From a virus (taxonomy: Duplodnaviria; Caudoviricetes): 63,998 bases of DNA. Shown here piece by piece: positions 1 to 10,020 of the stretch (within the stretch, counting starts at the first letter, position 1; each line of letters opens with the position of its first letter). Where the stretch lies: positions 1 to 63,998 of IMG/VR virus record IMGVR_UViG_3300033134_000083; one strand, written 5' to 3'. The position numbers and the translations under genes were made by a program. Below the pieces are notes generated by a model that was given only the letters and a program-made list of their open reading frames with translations, was not told the origin of the DNA and made no database searches.

Positions 1-506
1 ACTACTACTAGTACCCCCTTATCTAGCAGCAGCTGCAAAGCCTTCCGGCTGACGACTACCTCATCGGGACGCTGGCGCTTACGTAGCCACGGGTTCTTCA
101 TGGCTCCGCCCTTCCGGTAACCGGGTCAACGCCTACAGCTTCGCACAGCTCCCGGTAAGCACCACTCCTGCGAAACACCACTAGCCGCTCAGGCGGACAC
201 TGAAGAGCGGCCATCAAGTGGAATCGATTCACGGTCACCAAGTCGTTCCCATTCAGTACCTGGCGGATGGCAGCCAGTTTCTCCGCTTGGTCTAGCGCTT
301 CGTGAAAAAGCGGGTCACTGCACTGGTGTCCCATCGTCAGCTGTTTCCCTTCTCAAGTCTTTCCACGACCATGTACCATCTAGTTCTTCGCTGTATACGT
401 CATCACAGCGACCACACCGGTACAGAATGTACGTAACCGGTGCACCGTTTACGGTTTGGTGCTGAACTTTGACCCGGACGTGTTTGCATTGACTCCAGCA
501 CGTCAT

Positions 507-1055
507 TTACCTTTCCCTCCCAAGCAACTTGATTAGCATAACAGCAGACCAAGAGACGCCAATAAGTCCAGCAATGAAAATAGCTGGTGCTATTGGCGCA
601 TACTGCTCACCAGAAAACAGTGCAACGGTGGTAACCACCGCTGCCAAAGACGCAGCCACCCCCAACATAGCCAAAGCAGCCTTACGGGCAACGTGAATGC
701 TAGTCATCTTTGTCGGCTGCTTAGGCGGCTCTGGTACACGTACGATGATTTCGCTGCCGTGCTTAGTCACGTCCCTAAGCAACCTGGCCAGTTCGTCTTC
801 GGTGATGCCCACCCGGTACGCTCGGTTACGCCGCTCGGTTACTTCGTTAGCGGTGAGCTGACCCTGGGCATACGCCTGGTTCAGCAACTCGACACAAGCA
901 TCCTTCTGCTTATCCGTAGCACGCATTCCCGTTTCCCTTTCCCTGACAAATCCTATCGCCCACCCACCCAGGCATGGGCCGCAAAGCTGAGCTACGTCAC
1001 TAACCGAACCCGGTTGAGCACGAATAGAACCGCCGCACAGCTTGCACGGCCTCAC
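507..1055 (-). CDS. DUF1707 (SHOCT-like) domain membrane protein
   Basis: MRATDKQKDACVELLNQAYAQGQLTANEVTER matches the DUF1707 pattern; two C-terminal hydrophobic helices; alternative start at 926. Confidence 0.7.
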   Translation of the reverse strand: MRPCKLCGGSIRAQPGSVSDVAQLCGPCLGGWAIGFVRERETGMRATDKQKDACVELLNQAYAQGQLTANEVTERRNRAYRVGITEDELARLLRDVTKHGSEIIVRVPEPPKQPTKMTSIHVARKAALAMLGVAASLAAVVTTVALFSGEQYAPIAPAIFIAGLIGVSWSAVMLIKLLGRER

Positions 1056-1264
1056 TCGCTGCTTCCTTCATTAGTTAGCTTACTATGCTGACTATTCGGC
1101 GTTTCCAGGATGCGGTCATAGTCGAAGTCGCAGTCAAGGCAGCAACACCAGCAGCTACACCGGTCATGCTCCGGGTCGCTAGCTTTGCGCTGGTCATGCA
1201 AAGCTTGAGCTTCGTTTTCGGTGTAGTAAGTTTTGATGGTCATAGCTTCACCCGATATCGATGC

Positions 1265-1555
1265 TTATGGTTTCCGTTTCCTGAACGTTTGCCTAGCTTC
1301 CAGTATGAGTGGTACTGTCAACAGCGCACCGGGGATGATAAGCAACGCAAACCACGGACGGTCATTGCCAAGCCACTGCGCAAGACCCTCGCCGATGAGC
1401 AACCCGGCAGGCAGGCTAGCCCACTGGGCCACACGCTGAGCGGACGGCAACTTGTAACGCCAGTAGTGACGCCACTGACTAGCTTCAATCCACACGAGTG
1501 CAGCTAGAGCGTGAACTTCGTGCAAGAATCTGCGTAGCCACCAATGACGTTTCAC
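1265..1555 (-). CDS. small membrane protein
   Basis: Two hydrophobic segments; ATGA overlap with the upstream gene. Confidence 0.5.
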   Translation of the reverse strand: MKRHWWLRRFLHEVHALAALVWIEASQWRHYWRYKLPSAQRVAQWASLPAGLLIGEGLAQWLGNDRPWFALLIIPGALLTVPLILEARQTFRKRKP

Positions 1556-2202
1556 GATCTGCTCCTCAGCAGTTCCTCCCGCGCGTTAGCCGCAGCTTCG
1601 CAAGCTGGGCATATCATGCCCTCGCAAGGCTCACCGCACGCACCGCATATCCCTGGCTGCAGGTGCGACGTGCCCAGAAAGTCAGCGTTGCTATGCCAGG
1701 CACCGTTATCCAACGTAATGCCAAGCTGCTCGTTGAGCACGGTAACGGGCTCTCTGGCTGGGTCGGTGCTCAGCACGATGGCTTTGTTTAAACCCATCCG
1801 CTGCTCCAGCTCAGCCCGTTCGGCAGGGTCCTTCAGATTCCACTTCGGCAGTATCTCCGTGGCGAACACCACTGCGTCGCTGCGTCCGTCATTCACGGGA
1901 AATAGGTAGCCGTTGTGCAGCATAACCGTCCTTGAGTCCAGCAAAACTGGGTGGTTAAACTCCAACCCTATAGGCATGCTGCCTGCGTGGCGGGAATGAA
2001 ACACAGCATGAAACAGCGGCCAGGTAAAGCGCGCTGACATGAACGAGTTGATGCAGTCAGCAGCGTCTATGCTGCGGCTAGTAATCAGCCGGTTTTCCTG
2101 CACCATAGCCCAGCCAAACCCATGCGGGTTCAGCCGGGCACCGTTCTCCAAGTGTTCCCGCTCAGGCATCACTCCTGGCGGAAGAAGCACCATGTGACAA
2201 AT
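1552..2202 (-). CDS. class II glutamine amidotransferase-like (Ntn hydrolase) protein
   Basis: N-terminal Cys, NPHGFG, FHSRHA, NHP and HNG motifs; an ATT start at 2202 puts Cys at position 2 (ORF track start is ATG 2211). Confidence 0.75.
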   Translation of the reverse strand: MCHMVLLPPGVMPEREHLENGARLNPHGFGWAMVQENRLITSRSIDAADCINSFMSARFTWPLFHAVFHSRHAGSMPIGLEFNHPVLLDSRTVMLHNGYLFPVNDGRSDAVVFATEILPKWNLKDPAERAELEQRMGLNKAIVLSTDPAREPVTVLNEQLGITLDNGAWHSNADFLGTSHLQPGICGACGEPCEGMICPACEAAANAREELLRSRS

Positions 2203-2348
2203 TGTAATCATTCCCTTCCTGGCGGTACAGGATAGGTTCTTGCGCTAGGGCCGTAAAGCTTCAGCGCTAGTGCGTTGCGTGCAGCCCGGCCGGTGCCATC
2301 GGTGACTTTCGAAGCGAGTAACTTCTTCCAGACCGTCAACTCATGTGT

Positions 2349-2639
2349 TCATTTCTTTTTTCTCCTCATCAGTACGATGTACTTGCCTTTGAGCTTCTTC
2401 GTCAAATGGTAACCATGGCACCCGTACGGGCACCGGTACACAGAGCGAACATCGTCAGTCAAATACGCTGCCGCGTCTTCGATGCTGGCATGCCAATGCT
2501 TACCACCACACGGACGTGCTTCCCGCTTACGGCGACGTTTACGTCCACGATGTGCAGCCCGGCGGTGAGCCAGACAGCAATACACCGCATCAGGGTTCTG
2601 CGGAAAAAACAACCGGCCACAATGCCCACATACCTTCAT
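2349..2639 (-). CDS. basic zinc-binding hypothetical protein
   Basis: CxxC, YCC and YRCPYGCHGYHLT motifs; Arg/Lys-rich. Confidence 0.55.
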   Translation of the reverse strand: MKVCGHCGRLFFPQNPDAVYCCLAHRRAAHRGRKRRRKREARPCGGKHWHASIEDAAAYLTDDVRSVYRCPYGCHGYHLTKKLKGKYIVLMRRKKK

Positions 2640-3788
2640 TCCCGTTCCTTTAGCTAAATAGTACCGTTACCGCAGCCACCACAACCAGCGTTTACGGAAA
2701 CGGCTACACCCACACAGGGCGCATTCCTCACCAACCCGGTAGTGGTAGTGAGCCATCCAGCTATGACCACACCGGCACATCATGACGTTGACCGAAGTTC
2801 CGCACCGTCCGCGAATAGCTCACTTACTGTGATATGGCGCAAAGCGTTTATCTCGCTTACTGTCACGTCGGGTATAACACGTCTGGCGTAAGCACGAGTA
2901 CGCTTTGTCAGCTTGTCCCACGGCAACGTTCCCTCGGTAGCTGAAGCAGTAAGAAGCATAGTAACCAAGAAGCGCTGACGCGCGATGCTTCCTTTTGCGT
3001 AGCTCATGGCTGGTCCTCCTCGTATGCCATGTTCAGCTGCTGGCGTACCAGCTCATCTTCCTTGGTCCACCCGTTCTGCCGCCACACGTACGGCTTGAAC
3101 GGCATCCCGTTCCTGAAACCGCGAACCACTGAATGTCCAGTGATTGGCAAGTGTTCGTCGCCCGTGTGGCGTGCCAAACCGTCACGAGCTTCCGGTTCGT
3201 AGATACGTACGTCAATCTGTGGTGGAAGCGTCAACGGCTTCCCGTCCACTTTCCGCCACCGGTAGTGGCGCCACTCTTCTCTCATTGTCGTTTCCTATTC
3301 CCTTGAGCTTCTGCTCCGCAGCCAGTGCGCGCTGCTTCCAGTATTCACGCTCTTCGCGTGCTTCGGCTAGTTTTGTAGTGAGTTCGTCGTACGTCATGGG
3401 CCGAAACGTCACTTTCGTTCCTCCAGTTCACTGAGCGAAAACCATTGCTCCAGCTCTGCTGGTGTCCTCACGTCAGCGGTGTGCCATCCGTACTCGGACA
3501 CTCGCAGCCAATCGCCGGACTCCAGCAGGTGGATAACCTCCACCTGCCAGCGTCCGTCCTTCGTCATGTAGCTCATCGGAGTTCCATGCGGCCGAATCCA
3601 TGGCCGGGAATGTTGCTGCACCGGGGCCAGTGGTAACACTGGCTAATACGGTCACCGTTGTGGCACTTCACGAACTGCCTATCCGGCTCACACTTGCTGC
3701 ACCCATCTTCTTTGCCGGGGTGCCAGAACCCGTTGCTAGCTATGTGGCCAGCAGCGGGAACACCAGGCATGACTAGCTGCGGCTTCAT

Positions 3789-4001
3789 TCAGACCTCCAC
3801 TCCCTTTACTGCTGGGCGGATGGCGCTGCGCTTGACGGTAAAGTACTTGTCTCGGTTGTCGTCGTAGATAAGGACCTGGTCCTCGATGTGGGGGTATACC
3901 TCCACGACCCGGTAGATGACCGGGTAAGCTTGCTTGTCGTTGCGCTTCACGACCCGGTTACCGGGCTGGTACGTTGCTGCGGTATCGTTCCTCATGTACA
4001 T
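3789..4001 (-). CDS. small SH3-like hypothetical protein
   Basis: YQPGNRVV pattern; directly downstream of a repeated promoter motif; possible leaderless start at 3995. Confidence 0.5.
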   Translation of the reverse strand: MYMRNDTAATYQPGNRVVKRNDKQAYPVIYRVVEVYPHIEDQVLIYDDNRDKYFTVKRSAIRPAVKGVEV

Positions 4002-4031
4002 GTAAACAAGTTCTGCCCCCTGGTTATTTCC
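4002..4031 (-). promoter_or_regulatory. GGAAATAA-N16-GTTTAC promoter-like motif, copy 1
   Basis: Exact motif and spacing shared by four sites. Confidence 0.7.
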
Positions 4032-4056
4032 CAGAGGGCAGAACTGCCGACGCTGG

Positions 4057-5340
4057 TTACTTGGCCAGCAGCATCAGCTTGGCGTGAGCCTTCGACTTCA
4101 CGTCGTCGCTGGCACCCTCCAGAATGGCCGTAGCTCTCGCCGCAGCCATCTTGTCGCCCTTCACCGCAGGCACCAAGTCCAGCCACGCCCCGCTGGTCCG
4201 CCGCGTCACCTGATGGTCCAGGTAGTCAGTCACGGCCCGCTCGGCAGCGTAAGCAGTCAAGCCAACCTGCTCCTTCTCCTTGGCGACCAGCTCCAGAATC
4301 TGCTCGCTGCGCTTGGCCGCCTTAGCGACCTTCATCTTGCCAGCGTCTTCCTCGACGGGCCACAGGCTAGCCAGCAGTTCCTGCACCTGGTCGATGGTGA
4401 TGTCGGTGCGAGCCAGCCGAGTCTCCTCCTCGGCGAACTTGTCGTAGTACTTGAGCGACAAGCCCATCGTTCGGCGAGCCTCAGCTATCCGCTGGGTTGC
4501 GGTCTTGCAGTGCCTTACGCTCCACTGCGCGTAAGCATCCCGCATCGCAAACCGCTCCGTGTTTCCGCAAGCTATCCGCCACGGTGTGGCCACACAGCGG
4601 AACGGGCTGATGCCGTCGTGGCTGTTGATGACTGCCACGTACTTGCGCACCTCATCGTTGATACCCTCGGCGTCGATGATGACCGATTCGGGTAGCTGCA
4701 TCGACACGAACACCCGACGACCACCGTATAGAGCACCAGCGGTCTCCCAGATGGCGTCGTTGCTTTCGGTGAGGTCCTGCAAGAACTGGAACCCTTCCCG
4801 GTTCTGCACCGGAGTGTAGACGTTGCCGACCACACCCAGCGGAGCCCACGTGTCGTCCCGGACGGTGACGAACTTGCCCGGCACGTCCCGTATCTCACCA
4901 TCAGCGTAGTAGTGCACTGGCCGGGTTTCGACACCCCAGTTGATGCCACCCAAGTTCAGCACTTCGTCGATGTCGCTGACGCCTTCGGGGACGACGTTAC
5001 CCAGCGCATGCCACTCCGGCTGCCGCGTGTACAGTGCCGCTGTACCGGTGGAGGTGTCCAGGTTGCTTTCCGGCAGAATCAGCGGTATCTCCGCTGGCCG
5101 GGTAGCCCGCTGAACACTGAAAATCTCGTTCCGGTCCCACCCTTCCAGCACCAGGTACCGGTTGCCGTCCAGCATGCGAATCTTGCCATCGGCGATGTCC
5201 TGGTCCAGCTTCATGTCGATTTCCGCTTGCGCGGCACCGGAGTCGTACCCGGCTATCGCCGCCTGGTTTCGCTCCACGATGGCTCTGAGCTGGGCTATCT
5301 GCCCTTCCTTCTCGGCCTTGAACTGCTCGTTGACGTCCAC
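4057..5340 (-). CDS. DUF932 family phage/plasmid protein
   Basis: PEWHALG, LGVVGNVYTPVQN, WETAGALYGGRRVF, NSHDG and RIACGN motifs. Confidence 0.85.
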   Translation of the reverse strand: MDVNEQFKAEKEGQIAQLRAIVERNQAAIAGYDSGAAQAEIDMKLDQDIADGKIRMLDGNRYLVLEGWDRNEIFSVQRATRPAEIPLILPESNLDTSTGTAALYTRQPEWHALGNVVPEGVSDIDEVLNLGGINWGVETRPVHYYADGEIRDVPGKFVTVRDDTWAPLGVVGNVYTPVQNREGFQFLQDLTESNDAIWETAGALYGGRRVFVSMQLPESVIIDAEGINDEVRKYVAVINSHDGISPFRCVATPWRIACGNTERFAMRDAYAQWSVRHCKTATQRIAEARRTMGLSLKYYDKFAEEETRLARTDITIDQVQELLASLWPVEEDAGKMKVAKAAKRSEQILELVAKEKEQVGLTAYAAERAVTDYLDHQVTRRTSGAWLDLVPAVKGDKMAAARATAILEGASDDVKSKAHAKLMLLAK

Positions 5341-5391
5341 GTACGTTCCCTTCGATTCCCTGTGGCTAGCCCGGCTGAGCTAGCCAACTAC

Positions 5392-5421
5392 GTAAACACC
5401 TTAGCTACGTGGTTTATTTCC
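5392..5421 (-). promoter_or_regulatory. GGAAATAA-N16-GTTTAC promoter-like motif, copy 2
   Basis: Upstream of the DUF932 gene; exact spacing. Confidence 0.7.
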
Positions 5422-5430
5422 AGCAAGCAG

Positions 5431-5460
5431 AAAGGCCCCCGACCGAAGCCGAGGGCCTTT
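5431..5460 (-). terminator. intrinsic terminator-like hairpin
   Basis: aaaggccc...gggccttt inverted repeat between genes. Confidence 0.55.
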
Positions 5461-5477
5461 GGGGCGTGAGATGAGGC

Positions 5478-5666
5478 TTAGCTCAAGCACATCTCGGTGA
5501 AGTGCCGAATCACTCGCTGACCGCTATCCAGCTTGACCTTAAAGTAGCCGTAGCCGCCGTCCTCGACCAGCTTGCCGGTGACGTTGGAGCCAGCAAGAGT
5601 GACCGAGTCGCCGACCTTTAGAGTGCACTGCTTGGCTTGCTCAGCCAGCCTGTCGATGAGTCCCAT
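5478..5666 (-). CDS. small SH3-like hypothetical protein
   Basis: LKVGDSVTL...GYFKVKLDSG; purine-rich RBS before ATG 5666. Confidence 0.55.
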   Translation of the reverse strand: MGLIDRLAEQAKQCTLKVGDSVTLAGSNVTGKLVEDGGYGYFKVKLDSGQRVIRHFTEMCLS

Positions 5667-5683
5667 GTTCCCTGTTCCTTCCC

Positions 5684-6310
5684 TCACGTACATGTAAACG
5701 TGTTGGGGTGCTGGTTTATTTCCCTCAGGAAGCCCATCAGCTGGCTGCCGATGTACTCGGTGAACGCAGGGGGGATGGCTTGGCGAGCTTCGGTGTTGGT
5801 CATCCAGGTGCAACCCATCGCATCAGCGAAGGCCCGTTCACCCTTGTGCATGAACGGAAGCAGCGACCGGTTGCCTGAGCACTGACACGGTTGTATCAGC
5901 TCGTAGGCAGTCCAGTTGCCTCGCTGGAAGTCACGGTGGCGCTTCACCTTCAAGCCAAACTGGGTGCCGCACAGCCGGTAGTCAGCGCGCAGCCCAGCTT
6001 CCGGCACGTTTTCCACTACCCACGGCACCGAAACTACTGATAGCCGCTTCAGCATGGGCGTCAGTAGGTCTGAGTGGTCGTCGCGTGACCCTCGCCACGC
6101 TGTTACCCTCGCAAACCGCTGACAAGGCGGCGAAGCATGGATGGCATCGAAGCTATCCAGCGGGTACGTCATAGCATCGGCTTGAATGAACTCAAACGGG
6201 AAGTGTGGCTGCGGTGCTATGTCCACACCGACAACGGTGAAGCCAGCTTGACTGTAGCCCATTGCTGCGCCACCAGAACCACAGAACAAGTCCAGCAGGA
6301 GAAAAGTCAT
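5684..6310 (-). CDS. DNA cytosine-C5 methyltransferase (short phage type)
   Basis: DLFCGSGG (motif I), ASPPCQ (IV), VENV (VI), QAIPPAF C-terminus. Confidence 0.85.
   Translation of the reverse strand: MTFLLLDLFCGSGGAAMGYSQAGFTVVGVDIAPQPHFPFEFIQADAMTYPLDSFDAIHASPPCQRFARVTAWRGSRDDHSDLLTPMLKRLSVVSVPWVVENVPEAGLRADYRLCGTQFGLKVKRHRDFQRGNWTAYELIQPCQCSGNRSLLPFMHKGERAFADAMGCTWMTNTEARQAIPPAFTEYIGSQLMGFLREINQHPNTFTCT
5694..5723 (-). promoter_or_regulatory. GGAAATAA-N16-GTTTAC promoter-like motif, copy 3
   Basis: Exact motif and spacing. Confidence 0.7.
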
Positions 6311-6663
6311 GCACTGTCTACTTCCACGCTAGTAAGTGGATGACCTTGCGCGTCGTGTACGCCAACCATATCCTCCGTGACCATGACGCCTGCTGGGACG
6401 AGGTACTTGACGGACTTGCGGCTGCCACGTTGCTTATGGTTACTGCCCGCTTCCCGTAGTAGTCGGCCAAAAGCGGTTCCAGGGAAATACAACGTCCCGT
6501 CATCGCGCCGGTAGGAGCTTTTCTCCGCCTGCTCTCGGGGAGTTCCGTACCCAGTCGTTATAGCGCGGGTTGGCGTTTCCACTTCGTTTTCCTCAGTAAA
6601 GCGATGCATTAGCAGAGGGGAAATACCCTCCACTACAGCAGTAAAGGTTTTGATGTCTACCAA
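6307..6663 (-). pseudogene. C-terminally truncated phage RAMP/Cas7-like (Vipr-like) protein
   Basis: GISPLLMH and LYFPGTAFGRLLREAG resemble the N-terminal RAMP motifs; the ORF stops at VEVDSA with no Gly-rich loop; GGAGG precedes TTG 6663. Confidence 0.55.
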
Positions 6664-6682
6664 ATTTTTCCCTCCAGAAATA

Positions 6683-6812
6683 GCTGAAGTCACCAAAGAC
6701 ATCTTCGGTGACTTCAGCGCCGTTCCCTTGGATTGCCTTGGCCAGCATCGCCTTGCCTGGCCATGCCGTGCCCGGCCCCGCCAAGCCGTGCCCAGCCTGG
6801 CACCGCCTAGCC
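6683..6812 (-). ncRNA. GGC-NN pentamer array (16 units, 6735-6812) plus 3' 12-bp hairpin (6683-6718); VIPR-like guide RNA candidate
   Basis: Strict 5-nt periodicity; TATACT -10 box at 6823-6828 on the minus strand just upstream. Confidence 0.65.
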
Positions 6813-6845
6813 TGAAAAAACTAGTATACCCTGCGGCGGTGCGCG

Positions 6846-9701
6846 ATGCCTAAGGGCGGAGCAGTTCTAGCTGGATTGAGAGCAGCCCAATCCACCGCTG
6901 TTAACCCAACCATTCAGCCGTTGGGCGGCAGCGTTTCTCCGTTGGCTGCGCAGTATTCACAGTGGACACTCGGTCGCACACAGCAATCGACCGCTCTCCC
7001 GAGAGACCCAATTGAATTTTTGACTGGTGCCTTCGGCCCCCTGAGCCCCATCCAGCCCGTTGGTATCGACACTCCACCACCCGATGCGGAACGACCCGAA
7101 CCACGGCGCTGGCAGTACCCCGTCGGGTGGAACATGCCGGTTGGCATGCCCGGCACCGAAGGACTCAAACTAGCTGACTTCCAAACCCTGCGCACCTACG
7201 CTGAGGTGTACTCCGTCGCTAGAGCATGCATCCAGCTACGCAAAGACGAAATGCTCGGCATCGGCTGGGACATCGGCCCCACCGCTGACGCAGCCAAAGC
7301 TATGCGAGGCAGCAGCAGCGCCATGGCCGACTTTGGCAAACGCCGCGACGAAGCACTCAAGTTCTTCACCCAACCCGACCCCAACTACAACGACTTCACC
7401 AGCTGGTTCTCCGCAGCCCTGGAAGACATGTTCGTCATCGACGCGTTGTCGGTGTATTTGCATCCCACCCGCATCCCCGGCAAGGGCCTGTTTGGCACTG
7501 ACTTGGGCGGGTTGGACATTATCGACGGCAGCTCCGTCCGTCCACTGCTGGACCTACGGGGTGGTTCACCTAGCCCACCCAACCCCGCATACCAGATATA
7601 CCAGTACGGCATTCCCCGCGTTGACTTGATGACCATGCTAGCCGAACAAGACATTAAAGACTTGGGTAAACCGGTTGCGCAATACCGGGGCGACCAGCTT
7701 CTTTATCTGCCCCGATACCCGAGAACGTGGACGCCGTACGGGCAAGCCCCGTTGGAACGCTGCATCATCCCCGTTATCACGGGGTTGCGTAAGCAGCAGT
7801 ACTCCATGGATTACTACCTGGAAGGTTCCATTCCCGGCGTCTACATTTCCCCTGGCGACCCGAACATGACGCCAAACCAAATCCGTGAAGTTCAAGACAG
7901 CCTGAACGCTATCGCTGGTGACGTGGCGTACAAGCACAAGGTGTTGATGCTGCCCGCTAATAGCAAAGTGGAGCCGCAAAAACCACCAGAACTAGCCGAC
8001 CAGTCCGACGAAATCATCATGACTCAAGTATGCATGGCATACAACGTCATGCCGATGGAGCTAGGCATTTCGCCGAGGGTGAGCGCTACCCAATCAACGG
8101 GTGCAGCTAACCAGATGGCTAAAGCCTCGCAGGACATTCAGGAACGCAAGTCGCTTGGTCCTGACTTGCTATGGCTAAAGGCTGCCTTGTTCGACCGCAT
8201 ATTGCAGGACTTTTGCGGGCAAATGGACATGGAATGGAAATGGGATGGTTTGGAGGAAGATGAGGACGAACAAACCCTAACCACACTCCTTGTAGCCCAA
8301 ATCGGCGCTGGCCTGTCCTCCATTGACGAAGCACGCATTGAACTAGGTCGCCAGCCATGGGGCCTACCCATTACTAGCGACCCAGGCTGGGCGGGACAGA
8401 TGGGCTTCACACCACTAGGCCAAATCAGCCTCACAGGTGCACCAGAACCCGGAGTCGCCCCACCCACTCTTCCGCAGCCCGGTCAAGGTGGCCAGCCCGG
8501 TACCCCATTCTCTCCTGGTGGCACCACCGCAGGCCCCCCCTCAGGTGCGTCCCCACAGTCTCCTATGGCGCGTATACCCGCTGCCGGTGCAGCACCCCAG
8601 CAAGCTAACGCTGGACCGGCTACAGCTAAACCTACGCCGTTCCCTGGTGGTACCCCAGCTCATGCTGCTGCTCAAGCAATAGCTTCAGCCGAGCATGCCC
8701 ATCCCATTCCTAAAATGGCAGGCGAGCTGGCCGCTTCCACTCTGGCTAACGCTGGGACGGTGGACCCGCCTACCAATGGTAAGTATAAAGCGACTCTAAG
8801 TGAGCTAGATGCTCTACGCCGCCATCTGCACAAAGGACGCCAAATCAGCACCTGGGAACGTCGCCACATCCCCGGCTCCACCCTCGCTAGCATCAGCGAA
8901 GACCTCGCTAAGGGTTTGAGCATCGACCAAGCAGTGGACGTAGCCGCAGCGCTGCTACCCAAAGTAATCGAAGGAACCATACTCAAGGTCGGTCCCGAAG
9001 GGTTCATTCACGGCTATGTATGCGTACGCCCACCCTGCGGCAAGATAGGTGACGCAGTAGACCACTCGGTCCACGGCCCCGGCGTCGTCACCCACGTAGA
9101 CGACAACGGCACCATGCACGCCCGGTTCGCTGATGGCACCGAAGGAAAACTAGGCAAACCAAAAACATCCATGGAATCGGCAGTACGCCAGCGCCGCATC
9201 GACGCTGCCGTTGCCCAAGCTATGCACCCTCAAGGCCGGGGAGACGAAGCAGTACTGCCCTGGACTAGAGGCGCTGACCCAGAAGAATCCGCTCAGCGTT
9301 TGCAAGAAGCGACCGCTAAAGCACCACACGAACTAACCGACGAAGATGTACAAGGACTCACCTACGAAGACAGCCTGAAACTGCTAACTCACGTAGCACA
9401 CGGCTCTCACGAATACAGCGAAGAACGAATTGACAAAGCAGTGAACGACCTTCAGCAGCAAATGCACGAACTTAAGGACATGGCTCAGCGAGAGATAAAA
9501 GACGAGCATGACATTGAGCTGCTGAAAGCCACCAAACAGAAATTCTTCTGGCACACCGGCATGGTCCTCGGCGGAATTGCCGTAGGGCTAGCATCCATTC
9601 CACTCGCAGGCCTTCCCGCTATCGTTGCTCTAGTAAGCGGCGCGCTAGGAGCATTCCCTGGCCTCGGCATGGAACTCGTTGACCTCATTCGAAAGTGGTA
9701 A
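6846..9701 (+). CDS. portal protein with long C-terminal extension
   Basis: First gene of the virion operon; YGQAPLE, YYLEGSIP and SIDEARIELG portal-like motifs; Pro/Gly linker, extra modules and a hydrophobic C-terminus. Confidence 0.85.
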   Translation: MPKGGAVLAGLRAAQSTAVNPTIQPLGGSVSPLAAQYSQWTLGRTQQSTALPRDPIEFLTGAFGPLSPIQPVGIDTPPPDAERPEPRRWQYPVGWNMPVGMPGTEGLKLADFQTLRTYAEVYSVARACIQLRKDEMLGIGWDIGPTADAAKAMRGSSSAMADFGKRRDEALKFFTQPDPNYNDFTSWFSAALEDMFVIDALSVYLHPTRIPGKGLFGTDLGGLDIIDGSSVRPLLDLRGGSPSPPNPAYQIYQYGIPRVDLMTMLAEQDIKDLGKPVAQYRGDQLLYLPRYPRTWTPYGQAPLERCIIPVITGLRKQQYSMDYYLEGSIPGVYISPGDPNMTPNQIREVQDSLNAIAGDVAYKHKVLMLPANSKVEPQKPPELADQSDEIIMTQVCMAYNVMPMELGISPRVSATQSTGAANQMAKASQDIQERKSLGPDLLWLKAALFDRILQDFCGQMDMEWKWDGLEEDEDEQTLTTLLVAQIGAGLSSIDEARIELGRQPWGLPITSDPGWAGQMGFTPLGQISLTGAPEPGVAPPTLPQPGQGGQPGTPFSPGGTTAGPPSGASPQSPMARIPAAGAAPQQANAGPATAKPTPFPGGTPAHAAAQAIASAEHAHPIPKMAGELAASTLANAGTVDPPTNGKYKATLSELDALRRHLHKGRQISTWERRHIPGSTLASISEDLAKGLSIDQAVDVAAALLPKVIEGTILKVGPEGFIHGYVCVRPPCGKIGDAVDHSVHGPGVVTHVDDNGTMHARFADGTEGKLGKPKTSMESAVRQRRIDAAVAQAMHPQGRGDEAVLPWTRGADPEESAQRLQEATAKAPHELTDEDVQGLTYEDSLKLLTHVAHGSHEYSEERIDKAVNDLQQQMHELKDMAQREIKDEHDIELLKATKQKFFWHTGMVLGGIAVGLASIPLAGLPAIVALVSGALGAFPGLGMELVDLIRKW

Positions 9702-9886
9702 CCATGGATAAACCCAACTCCGCCACTCTGCAACGAGCCGAGGAAATTCTCACTCAGGCACTGATGGACAACGGAGTCAGCGAACAAGACGCCCGCGCTG
9801 CTGCACAAAAACTCGTGACCATTCAGCAAAGTTTGCCGGAATGGCCGCCACCACCAAATGACCCGGGGCCAACCATATCCGAATAA
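9695..9886 (+). CDS. small hypothetical protein
   Basis: Overlaps the portal stop; likely ATG start at 9704. Confidence 0.5.
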   Translation: MVTMDKPNSATLQRAEEILTQALMDNGVSEQDARAAAQKLVTIQQSLPEWPPPPNDPGPTISE

Positions 9887-10020
9887 ACTACATTGCATGG
9901 ACTTGGACGACTCCTCGCCTCGCTGTGAATCATGCGGTCACGTACTTGAAGACGACGACTGCGGATGTACCTGCTGCTTTTATGAAGACGACGAACCCAT
10001 AGAGGAAGTTTTCGCTTTCT

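Noticed and set aside
6593-6853. Short ORFs across the pentamer tract
   Set aside because: Their translations are low-complexity by-products of the 5-nt periodicity.
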